Source of the DNA: Myxococcota bacterium
Lineage (GTDB): Bacteria; Myxococcota_A; UBA9160; UBA6930
DNA: 64,000 nt
Assembly: GCA_965223415.1 (NCBI GenBank)
Contig: OZ245002.1
Location: forward strand, 1,408,001 to 1,472,000
Direction of reading: 5' to 3'
Positions 9,608-18,017 of this stretch are shown one piece after another. Position 1 is the first letter of the stretch, and each line of letters begins with the position of its first letter. The notes under the pieces are model-generated. The model made no database searches. It was not told the origin of the DNA and saw nothing but the letters and a program-made list of their open reading frames with translations. The translations under genes and the position numbers were made by a program.

Positions 9608-10821
9608 GAGCCCGTCCTCCTCTCTCGGCTGCGCGCGAAGACCGCGCGCAGCGCCCGGCTCGTGCGCCGGACGTCGAATCGCTCCTCGATGCGCCGCCGG
9701 GCGGCACGCGCGACCTGTCGCCCCAGGGCCGGGTCCGCGAGGATCCGCTGGAGCGCGCCGGCGAGGGCGGCGGGATCCGCCTCGGGCACCAGCAGGCCGC
9801 TTCGTCCGTGTTCGATCAGCTCCGGGATGCCCGTCACCGGAGTGGCTACGCAGGGCGTCCCGAGCGCCATCGCCTCGAGGAGGACCGTCGGCAGGCCGTC
9901 GCGGTCCCCGTCGTCGGCGACCCGGCACGGCGCGGCCAGGACGCCGGCGTCCGCCACGAGCCGCAGGGTCTCGGTCTGCGGAAGCGCGCCGTGGAGATGC
10001 ACCGTGGCCTCCAGACCGAGCTTCGCGACGAGGGCCCGTAGCGGCCGCTCCTCGGGCCCGCCCCCGACGAGGTCGCAGGCGACGTTCGAACCCCGGGAAC
10101 GGAGCTTCGCCATGGCCTCGATCAGATGAGCGAAGCCCTTCTTCGGCACGAGGCGTCCGACGGCCACGACCCTCGGCGGCCGCGGACCGGCGATGAAGGT
10201 GAGACTCTCGAGATCGAGGCCGTTGTCGATGCGGACCACGCCCGCGGCCGCGGCGCCGTGGTTGCGGGCGAGGAAGGCCGCGTTGTAGTCGCTCACGGTC
10301 ACCACCGCCGCGGCCTGGGCGAGCTTGCGTTCGAGATCGTCGGGGTCCACGTCGTCGTGGAACAGGTCCTTCGCGTGGGCGGTGAAGGTGAACGGTATGC
10401 CGGTCCACGCCGACGCCAGGCGCGCGACCTCCGTGGCGGCGCTCGCGAAGTGGGCGTGCAGGTGGCGAACGCCCCGATCCCGAGCCGCCACCGCCAGGCG
10501 CAACGCCTGATACACCCGGCGCGGGTCGCAGCCCACCGCGGCGCGCAGCCGGTCCGCACGGAACCACGGGCGACCGAGGGCCTCTTCGATCGCCTGCCAG
10601 TAGGCCGAGGGCTTCACGCCGTGGGCCGTCAGGTAGCGGACCGGAGCGCGCACGCGCCCGATCCCGTCCTGGAACGGACCGTCCTCCGGAGGACCGAGCG
10701 AGAAGATCTCGAGGGGGAGCCCCGCCTGCTCGTGGGCGATCAGCTCGCGCAGGATGAACGTCTCGGAGAGCCGCGGGTAGCGCTTCAGGACGTAGCCGAC
10801 CGGCCCGTCACGCGAAGGCAT
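9604..10821 (-). CDS. Glycosyltransferase family 4 (WcaL-like)
   Basis: GYVLKRYPRLSETFI; HLHAHFAS; VGRLVPKKG; DGDRDGLPTVLLEAMALG. Confidence 0.92.
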   Translation of the reverse strand: MPSRDGPVGYVLKRYPRLSETFILRELIAHEQAGLPLEIFSLGPPEDGPFQDGIGRVRAPVRYLTAHGVKPSAYWQAIEEALGRPWFRADRLRAAVGCDPRRVYQALRLAVAARDRGVRHLHAHFASAATEVARLASAWTGIPFTFTAHAKDLFHDDVDPDDLERKLAQAAAVVTVSDYNAAFLARNHGAAAAGVVRIDNGLDLESLTFIAGPRPPRVVAVGRLVPKKGFAHLIEAMAKLRSRGSNVACDLVGGGPEERPLRALVAKLGLEATVHLHGALPQTETLRLVADAGVLAAPCRVADDGDRDGLPTVLLEAMALGTPCVATPVTGIPELIEHGRSGLLVPEADPAALAGALQRILADPALGRQVARAARRRIEERFDVRRTSRALRAVFARSRERRTGS

Positions 10822-12010
10822 GCTGTGATCTCCGCCCGACGGCGGCCTGGGCCTTCGGCAGCGTGGTACGGCACAGCGCGACGACGCGATCGAGCCCTCC
10901 GAAGTCGACACCCTCCAGCGCCGCCGGATCCGGAACGCACTCCGTCTCGAGCCAGCTGCGGATCGCGCCCGGAACGAGGTTCTCCGGAGCCAGGACGTCG
11001 ACCAGGCCCAGCCGCGAGAGCCTGCTCGCGCGCACCCACTGCTCGCGCCGGGGCACCGTTCGCGGCACCAGGAGCGGGCGGTGACCGGCCGAGAGCAGCT
11101 CGCAGACCGTGTTGTAGCCGCCCATGGCGACGACCTGCTCCGCGCGATCCAGGAGCGGCGCGAGCTCGGGGACGAACTCGATCACCCGCAGCCGCCGACC
11201 GTCAGCGAGACCGAGAAGCCGCGTGCGCGCCTCGCGCGGCATGAAGGGCCCGGTGACGACGAGGCCCTTGCGCGACTCGGGAACGGCGCGCAGAAAAGCG
11301 GTCGCCAGGCCCTCCCCGTCCTGTCCGCCGCCGACGAGGCAGAGCGCGCAGGGCTGCGAGCCCAGCCAGCGAAGAACCGGCTCGAGAGCGGACGGAACCG
11401 CCTCGACCCTCGGCCGCGCGATGTAGCCGGTGAAGTGGATCTTGTCGCCCAGCTCCGCCCCGAGCCCGTAGGCCGCCACGGGATCGAAGCAGGCGCGATC
11501 TCCGTAGATCCACACCTCGTCGTAGAGCTCGCGCATGGCCTCGACGGTGCGGAGGCGCCCCCACTCGCGGCGCACGACGTCCGGCGCGTCCTGCACCTCG
11601 CGGAGACCCAGCACGGTTCGGGTTCGGGGCTGCTCGCGCAGGATCTCGAGGATCGGCTGGAGCTCGCCCAGCGCGCCGCGGGCAACCTGATCGACGATCA
11701 GGAGGTGGGGCCGGAAGGCGTCGAGGGCGGCCTGCAGGGTGGCGGAGCGGAGCTGGATCAGCCGCTCGATCGGGACCGGAAGCGAGCGCGACGCGTAGCG
11801 CCCGTCGGCCTGCTTGTGGATCGCCGGAAGGATGACGCTGTCGGCACCAGCGGGCGCGGCGAGCTGTCCCGTCTCCCGCGCGCCGCCCAGGAGCAGGACC
11901 TCCGGTCGCAACGTCGACGCCAGCAGGGCCTCGGCGATGGCGAGGTTGCGGCGAGTGTGACCCAGCCCCATCGTATCGTGGGCGTAGAGCGCGATGCGCG
12001 GCGACTCCAT
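10808..12010 (-). CDS. Predicted glycosyltransferase (GT28 C-terminal-like, GT-B fold)
   Basis: ALYAHDTMGLGHTRRN; VGGGQDG; AMGGYNTVCE; VPRTVPRREQWVRA. Confidence 0.88.
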   Translation of the reverse strand: MESPRIALYAHDTMGLGHTRRNLAIAEALLASTLRPEVLLLGGARETGQLAAPAGADSVILPAIHKQADGRYASRSLPVPIERLIQLRSATLQAALDAFRPHLLIVDQVARGALGELQPILEILREQPRTRTVLGLREVQDAPDVVRREWGRLRTVEAMRELYDEVWIYGDRACFDPVAAYGLGAELGDKIHFTGYIARPRVEAVPSALEPVLRWLGSQPCALCLVGGGQDGEGLATAFLRAVPESRKGLVVTGPFMPREARTRLLGLADGRRLRVIEFVPELAPLLDRAEQVVAMGGYNTVCELLSAGHRPLLVPRTVPRREQWVRASRLSRLGLVDVLAPENLVPGAIRSWLETECVPDPAALEGVDFGGLDRVVALCRTTLPKAQAAVGRRSQHAFA

Positions 12011-12022
12011 GCCGCGCCGCAG

Positions 12023-12038
12023 TGCAGTCCTCGTGCCA
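12023..12038 (-). promoter_or_regulatory. sigma54 (-24/-12) promoter of GT operon
   Basis: Minus strand TGGCACGAGGACTGCA (GG-N10-GC). Predicted +1 is ~12012, next to ATG 12010; no RBS. Confidence 0.7.
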
Positions 12039-12282
12039 TCCGCCCGGATCGTCGGAAATGGGGGATTCGCGGGCCCTTCCGAGGACTTACACCCCTTTGT
12101 GTGACCTCGCGTACGCGTGGGGCGTACGTCCGTCACCGAGCGGCGGGGCATCTGCCGGGCGATGCGCTGGAGATGCCGCACCCCCCGGGTTGGAACGATC
12201 CTTGCTGTTCAGAGGCTCGTTTTTGCGAGTCACCTCGGGGAGGTCCGTGGCTACTATCCAATTGGCGCGGAGCGTCGCGATG

Positions 12283-12320
12283 ACCGGGGGATTTCCCGCG
12301 GCTGCGCGGGATTTCGCGCA
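12283..12320. promoter_or_regulatory. Candidate tandem bEBP upstream activating sites
   Basis: ACCGGGGGATTTCCCGCG and palindromic TGCGCGGGATTTCGCGCA, 20-bp period; matches 2874-2911. Confidence 0.55.
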
Positions 12321-12347
12321 CGCGACTCCGGGGAACGAGGACGATCC

Positions 12348-13712
12348 ATGCCCTCCATCGTGGTGATCGACGACGAGCACGTGCTCGGGCGGCAGATCGC
12401 GCGCGCCCTCGAAGGCGCCGGCCACGAGGTCCAGGTGGCCGAGACCGGCAAGGACGGCGTCACCCTGGTCCATGATTCGGATCCGGACCTCGTACTCGTC
12501 GATCTCCGCCTTCCCGACACCTCGGGCCTGGAGGTGCTCGGAGAGCTCCGGCAGGGCGATCCGTCCCTGCCGGTGGTGCTGATGACGGCCTACGGGTCCG
12601 TCTCGGACGCCGTCGAAGCCATGCGCCGGGGCGCCTCCGACTACCTCCAGAAGCCCCTCGACCTGGGCGAGCTGCGGCTGCTCGTCGAGCGTGTGCTGGA
12701 TCGGCAGCGGGAGGCGCGGGAGCTCGCCTATCTGCGCAGCCGGGACCGCGTCGCGGAAGGCGTCGTCGGCTCCGACGCCAGCCTGATCTCGCTGTTCGAG
12801 CAGGTCGATCGCTTGAGAGAGGCGGGGCTCCCCGCCGGCAGGCGCCCGGCCATCCTGCTCACGGGCGAGACGGGAACCGGCAAGGGGGTGCTGGCTCGCG
12901 CCATCCACGAACGGCTGGGCGGCGGCCCCTTCATCGAGGCCAACTGCACGGCGATGCCCGAGAGCCTGATCGAGGCCGAGCTGTTCGGCCACGAGCGCGG
13001 CAGCTTCACCGACGCCAAGGCGGCGAGGACGGGGCTGTTCGAGGCTTCCGAGGGCGGCACCCTGTTCCTCGACGAAGTCGGCCACGCGACCCTCGGTCTG
13101 CAGGCCAAGCTCCTCAAGGTGATCGAAGAGAAGCGCGTGCGCCGGCTCGGCTCCTCCCGGGAGCGCAGCGTGAACGTCCATGCCATCGCGGCGACCAACC
13201 GTGACCTGGATGCTGCCGTGGCGGAGCAGTCCTTCCGGGGCGATCTGCTGCACCGCTTGCGCGTGCTCGCCTTCACGATTCCCCCGCTGCGGGAGCGGCC
13301 CGACGACATCGCCCCGCTTGCCAAGCACTTCTGCGAAACGATCGGGCACACCTACGCCCGCGAAGTGAGCATTGCCGCCGAGGGGATGGAGCAGCTGCAG
13401 CGCTACCCGTGGCCCGGCAACGTGCGCGAGCTGCGGAACGTGATCGAGCGCGCCCTGCTCCTCGAGTCCGGCCCGCAGATCGGCGGGAGCACCCTGCGAA
13501 CGCTGCTCCCCACCGGCGACGGGCAGGGCGGCGACGGCGTCGACGACACCTTCCGACTGCCGGAGGAGGGCGTGGACCTGGCGACCCTGGAGCGCCACCT
13601 GATCGAGCAGGCCCTGGAGCGCACCGGCGGCAATCGCACCCGCTCCGCGGCGCTCCTGGGCCTGAGCCGCGACACCCTTCGCTACCGGCTGGAGAAGTAC
13701 GAGCTCTCATGA
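12348..13712 (+). CDS. sigma54-dependent response regulator (NtrC family)
   Basis: Receiver (IDDE...VDLRLPD), AAA+ GETGTGKG, ELFGHERGSFTDA, WPGNVRELRN, Fis HTH. Confidence 0.95.
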   Translation: MPSIVVIDDEHVLGRQIARALEGAGHEVQVAETGKDGVTLVHDSDPDLVLVDLRLPDTSGLEVLGELRQGDPSLPVVLMTAYGSVSDAVEAMRRGASDYLQKPLDLGELRLLVERVLDRQREARELAYLRSRDRVAEGVVGSDASLISLFEQVDRLREAGLPAGRRPAILLTGETGTGKGVLARAIHERLGGGPFIEANCTAMPESLIEAELFGHERGSFTDAKAARTGLFEASEGGTLFLDEVGHATLGLQAKLLKVIEEKRVRRLGSSRERSVNVHAIAATNRDLDAAVAEQSFRGDLLHRLRVLAFTIPPLRERPDDIAPLAKHFCETIGHTYAREVSIAAEGMEQLQRYPWPGNVRELRNVIERALLLESGPQIGGSTLRTLLPTGDGQGGDGVDDTFRLPEEGVDLATLERHLIEQALERTGGNRTRSAALLGLSRDTLRYRLEKYELS

Positions 13713-14215
13713 TCGAACGTCCCCCCCTCCGACCTGGTCGGTGGCGCGCACTCCGCAGCGTCGCCGTTGCCCTGATCCTCACCCTGGCCGCCCTCGCGTC
13801 GGCGGCCCCGACCGACCCGGTGATGGTGCTCGCCCAGGGCGAGCGCAACGCCGCGTGGATCGGAGTCAAGGGCAGCTTCCCCGCCGAGGACCTGGTCCAG
13901 GCACCGGTCCCGGTGCAGGTGCTGGTGCGCGACCTGACGAGCGGGACGTCCTACGTCCGCTACGAGCTGGGCGTCGGCGCGTTCCAGGGCAGCGACCCCA
14001 CCCTCGCCGACGGACTGAGTCCCCTCGAGGCCGTGGCGCTCCAGGCCGCGGGCACCGCCACGAGTGCGCCGCTCCTCTTCCTGGGGCCGGCACGCCTGGA
14101 GCTGCTGCTCCCGTCCGGCTTCGCGACCGGCTCGATCGAGGTCCAGCTGTTCTCGGTGGACGCGACCGGCGCCGTCCTCTCGAACGCCCTGACGATTCCG
14201 GGAGGCACGCCGTGA
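13709..14215 (+). CDS. Exported hypothetical protein
   Basis: ATGA overlap with regulator; signal peptide ...VAVALILTLAALASA; beta-rich mature part. Confidence 0.75.
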   Translation: MIERPPLRPGRWRALRSVAVALILTLAALASAAPTDPVMVLAQGERNAAWIGVKGSFPAEDLVQAPVPVQVLVRDLTSGTSYVRYELGVGAFQGSDPTLADGLSPLEAVALQAAGTATSAPLLFLGPARLELLLPSGFATGSIEVQLFSVDATGAVLSNALTIPGGTP

Positions 14216-15744
14216 AGACGCGCCTCGCCCGCCTCCCCGTGATCGCCGCCGCCGCGCTCGCGCTCGGCGTCGGCAACTGCATGGCCTACTACCCGGTCGA
14301 CACCGAACCCGTGCTCTTCATGGACTGGCTGTCGGGCGGCGAGATCGCCGAGATCGTGCCCGGCGCTCCCATGATCGAGCCGGGACCGGACCTGCAGCTC
14401 GGAACGGCGGACGACGTCGTCTTCCCCTTCCGACCGGGCGACGTCGATCTGGTCATCCGCTCCGCCCGCACCACGATGGGCGGCAGCTTCCCGCCGCCGC
14501 ACACGCCGGCGACGGAGCCCCGTGTCACGGTCGCGGCGTTCACCTCGGGAACGCCGATCGACTTCGTCGTGGCGCCGGCCTCGGCATCGGGGGCGCCGGT
14601 GGTGTCGCCGAACCTCGTGGGCGTCCCCATCCTCGTGACCGCCTTCGCAGACCTGGACGGCGATGGTTTCGTCGGAATCACCGAGCTGGACGGCGACTCC
14701 GGTGACGCCGGTATCGAGGATGCGGAGTTGACGCCGGTGGCGAAGACGGTGGTCGTGTCGAACGGCGGTGAGGTCGCGGGGCAGCTCTTCCCCTCGGCCG
14801 GCGGCCCGAGCGGCGCACCGCTCCGCCTCGCGCTGGCCGCGGGGGCCTGGGCCGGCACCCTCGACCCGAACTTCCTCGGCGGGGTCGTCCCGGACGGTCC
14901 GCTCGTGACGACCAAGCTGCCGTTCCACCCGGAGACGGACCCGAACGAGGTGCTGCAAGGCGGGCCCACCGGGCCGCCGCCGCCCATCGCGAACGGCCCG
15001 GTCGCCGCGGAGATCAAGGAGGCCTTCGAGCCGGATCCCCTCCATCCGCGGATCGGCGAGGTCTTCCACATCGCGCTGGACGGCAGCGAGATGTCAGCCG
15101 ACACCGTCACCGCCCGATCCGGTCCGGCGCTCCGGGCCGGCGTCGCTCGCCGGCCGAGCCCGGCCACCTTCGACAGCCTGCCGTCCCGAACGCTCCGGCC
15201 GGCACTCGACAGCCTCGGCCAGCGCACGGTCCTGGAGGTGCTCCAGCGCCTGCCGATCGCCGACGACGGCGCGGGCACGCAGATGATCCTCCAGGTCGTC
15301 CCCGTCGACCTGCTCGGCAACGTCGCCGACCCCGCCGCAGCCATGGCCGTGGTGGTCCGGGTCGAGGGCCCGCTCGCGATCCTCTCGCCGGACGCGGACG
15401 GCGATCCCCTGCGGGAGACCCTGAACGTGGCGGATGCGCGGGGCGTGGAGATCACGGTGGACGACCTCGGCGGCACCTTCGACGACCCGAATACGGGGAC
15501 GGTGCACGTCGAGGACGCCTCGGGCGCGGTGTCACGAACGCCGGTGTTCCTGCCGGACCCGGACGTGGACGACACGGGCCTGGTCGACGCCGCCGACGTG
15601 GCGCTCGTCGATGCGAACGACGGGCTCCGGGATGGTGACCCGGGCTTCGATCCCGACCTCGATCTGACCGGCGACGGCCGTATCGACGCCGCAGATGCGG
15701 CGGCGGTCCAGGCCGCCCTCGGCCAGACGGTGGCCGTGCCCTAG
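14212..15744 (+). CDS. Exported protein, possible lipoprotein, with C-terminal dockerin/EF-hand-like repeats
   Basis: GTG after GGAGG; ALALGVGN-C; DLDGDGFVG; C-terminal DVDDTGLVDAADV...DLTGDGRIDAADA. Confidence 0.8.
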   Translation: MKTRLARLPVIAAAALALGVGNCMAYYPVDTEPVLFMDWLSGGEIAEIVPGAPMIEPGPDLQLGTADDVVFPFRPGDVDLVIRSARTTMGGSFPPPHTPATEPRVTVAAFTSGTPIDFVVAPASASGAPVVSPNLVGVPILVTAFADLDGDGFVGITELDGDSGDAGIEDAELTPVAKTVVVSNGGEVAGQLFPSAGGPSGAPLRLALAAGAWAGTLDPNFLGGVVPDGPLVTTKLPFHPETDPNEVLQGGPTGPPPPIANGPVAAEIKEAFEPDPLHPRIGEVFHIALDGSEMSADTVTARSGPALRAGVARRPSPATFDSLPSRTLRPALDSLGQRTVLEVLQRLPIADDGAGTQMILQVVPVDLLGNVADPAAAMAVVVRVEGPLAILSPDADGDPLRETLNVADARGVEITVDDLGGTFDDPNTGTVHVEDASGAVSRTPVFLPDPDVDDTGLVDAADVALVDANDGLRDGDPGFDPDLDLTGDGRIDAADAAAVQAALGQTVAVP

Positions 15745-15753
15745 GGAAGAGAG

Positions 15754-17991
15754 TCAGAACAGACCCAGCGGCAGCTCGACCTCGAACCGGGTGCCCTCGG
15801 CACTCGAGGACACGAGCTCGATCGAGCCACCGAGCATCTCGAGGATCTTCCGCACGGAAGGCAGGCCGATGCCCGTGCCATCCGGTCGGGTGGTGAAGAA
15901 GAGATCGAAGATGCGGTCCTGCACGGCCTCGGGGATGCCGCAGCCGTCGTCGTCGATGTCGAAGACGAGGTGATCGCCGCGACGCTCGAGGGTGAGCCCG
16001 ACCTCGCCCCCTTCGGGCGTCGCGCGCAGGGCGTTCCCGACCAGCTCGAGCAGCGCCTCCTCGAGGAAGGCCGGGTCGGTCGCGATCGTAGGCAGCTCCC
16101 GGCTCACGTCCACCTGCAGCCGTACGCCGGCACGCTCGGCGCTCTTGGCGAGCGTTCCCGCCACGCCCTCCAGGAGCCGCCCCGGGTCGATGACCTCCGG
16201 ATGGGGCTCCACCGGCCGCGAGAAGTCGAGCAGGCTGCGGATGCGTTGGTCCAGGCGGTCCGCCTCGGAGAGAACGCCGCCCAACGTGTCGGACACCGGG
16301 CCGTGGTCGGCCGCGTCCGCCTGCTCCTGGGCGATCTGGGCGGCGGCGCGGATGCCGGCGAGGGGATTGCGCATGCCGTGGGCGACGGCGCCGGCGAACT
16401 CTCCGATCACGGCCAGGCGTTGGTTGCGCAGGAGCTCCGCCTGGGCGCGGCGCAGGTCGTCGATCGAGTGCGCGTTCTGGAGCGCGAGGGCGCCCTGGGC
16501 CGCCAGGCCGCGAATGAGCTCCCGGTCCGCGGCGGAGAAGGGCGCACCGGTGAGCTTGCGTCCGCCTTCGAGCAGCCCGAGCGGCTCCTCCTGGAAGACG
16601 ATCGGCTCCGAGAAGCTGGCCGTCCCCTCGGCGTCGCCCACGTCGCGAACCCGGGCCCACTCGAGATTCAGTGCGGCCCGCACCCGCTCGGCGAGGGCCG
16701 CTCGGATCGCCGCCGCGTCGTCGAGGGTCGCCAGCTCGATGCCGGTTTCCTCGAGGACGTGCTCCGGTGGCTCGACCGAGCGGAAGAACACGCGATCGAC
16801 GCTCCGCTGGATCGAGCGGCGCGCCGGATCGAAGAGCACGGCCAGGCCCACCAGCAGGAGGAAGCCCGGCGCCGCACCCGGAGCGACCGAAAGGGCCGTC
16901 TGCTCGAGCACCGTGATCAAGGTGGCGTAGACAAGCACCACTCCGGCGGTCGCGACGCCGTAGCCGACGGTGAGCCGGATGAAGCGCTCGGCCTCGAAGA
17001 GGTCGTGGCGCACGATCGCGTACAGCACCGAGAGCGGGAACAGGAAGATCGGCGCGGTCAGCCAGGTCGTCGGGAAATCCCAGCCGAGCAGGAAGAAGGC
17101 GAGGATGCCGACGGACGGGAGCAGGAAGGAGACCAGGGCACCCGAGAAGACGACGCCGGCCCGGAGCCGCTCGGACTCCGTGCGACCGAAGAGGGTGGCC
17201 TGCGCGAGGCCGACGAGCATCGCGAAGGCCGCCAGGGCCCAGAGCGAGAGCGCCACGTTCGTGAGGGCGCGGGCGCGCTCGGGGGCGGTGAGCTCCCAGA
17301 GCGAGCCGAGCAGGCCCATGACCGTCGTCACGCCGATCGCGAGGCCCAGTGCAACCCAACGGCTGCGGGACGTGAAGCGCGAGACGGGGAAGAAGAGGGT
17401 CAGCGCGAGAATCCCGGCCGGGACCGTGGCCTCGGCCAGCGGATAGACGCGGTCGAAGCGGTAGGCAACGACGTGGTCGAGCCCCAGGGCGAGGGCCAGA
17501 CCCAGCAGCACCATCACGAACGCCAGGGCGCGAGCGCCCGGATGGTCCGGCCGCAGCGCCAGCGCGAGCACGGCGATGGCGAAGCAGAAAGCGGCATTGA
17601 GCAGGTAGTTCCCCGCACTCACCCAGAAGTCGGCGCTGCCCGGGACCATGGTGGGCACTTCGAGCCGTTGCTCCCGGCTGTCGAAGCGCACCCGGTAGGC
17701 GATGGGCTCGCCGACCGGGCGCTCCGCGGCCAGGCGATAGAGCTCGCGGCCCGACACGAAGGCACCGTCCTCGACGCCGACGATGCGCCCTCCGTTCAGT
17801 GGCATTCCCGCCTGGGCGCCGGACCAGGAGGGGGCGCCGATCGCCGAGAGCTGTCCGTTCTGGTAGAGGAGGAAGCCCGGTGAGGCTCCGGCGAAGTGGA
17901 GGTAGGTGTCGCGGGCGACGAGTGCCAGGATCGCGAACAGCACGACGCCCAACAGCGCAGCCGCCGCGTGGGACTTCCGGAACCACTCCAT
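15754..17991 (-). CDS. Membrane sensor histidine kinase (PDZ-like periplasmic domain, multi-TM, GAF-like, HisKA/HATPase)
   Basis: VAHGMRNPL H-box; N, DDGCG, FFTT and GTGIGL boxes; WSGAQAGM...GRIVGVED PDZ-like segment. Confidence 0.92.
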   Translation of the reverse strand: MEWFRKSHAAAALLGVVLFAILALVARDTYLHFAGASPGFLLYQNGQLSAIGAPSWSGAQAGMPLNGGRIVGVEDGAFVSGRELYRLAAERPVGEPIAYRVRFDSREQRLEVPTMVPGSADFWVSAGNYLLNAAFCFAIAVLALALRPDHPGARALAFVMVLLGLALALGLDHVVAYRFDRVYPLAEATVPAGILALTLFFPVSRFTSRSRWVALGLAIGVTTVMGLLGSLWELTAPERARALTNVALSLWALAAFAMLVGLAQATLFGRTESERLRAGVVFSGALVSFLLPSVGILAFFLLGWDFPTTWLTAPIFLFPLSVLYAIVRHDLFEAERFIRLTVGYGVATAGVVLVYATLITVLEQTALSVAPGAAPGFLLLVGLAVLFDPARRSIQRSVDRVFFRSVEPPEHVLEETGIELATLDDAAAIRAALAERVRAALNLEWARVRDVGDAEGTASFSEPIVFQEEPLGLLEGGRKLTGAPFSAADRELIRGLAAQGALALQNAHSIDDLRRAQAELLRNQRLAVIGEFAGAVAHGMRNPLAGIRAAAQIAQEQADAADHGPVSDTLGGVLSEADRLDQRIRSLLDFSRPVEPHPEVIDPGRLLEGVAGTLAKSAERAGVRLQVDVSRELPTIATDPAFLEEALLELVGNALRATPEGGEVGLTLERRGDHLVFDIDDDGCGIPEAVQDRIFDLFFTTRPDGTGIGLPSVRKILEMLGGSIELVSSSAEGTRFEVELPLGLF

Positions 17992-18017
17992 GGGCCGCCA
18001 CTCTACACTGGCGAGCC
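17992..18017. promoter_or_regulatory. Bidirectional overlapping -10 elements (leaderless HK / lnt)
   Basis: TAGAGT (minus, 18000-18005) and TACACT (plus, 18004-18009), each 8 nt from an ATG; 26-bp intergenic gap with no RBS. Confidence 0.55.

Noticed and set aside
12263..12278. Plus-strand sigma54-like TGGCGCG...GC upstream of the regulator
   Set aside because: GG-GC spacing is 11, not the required 10.
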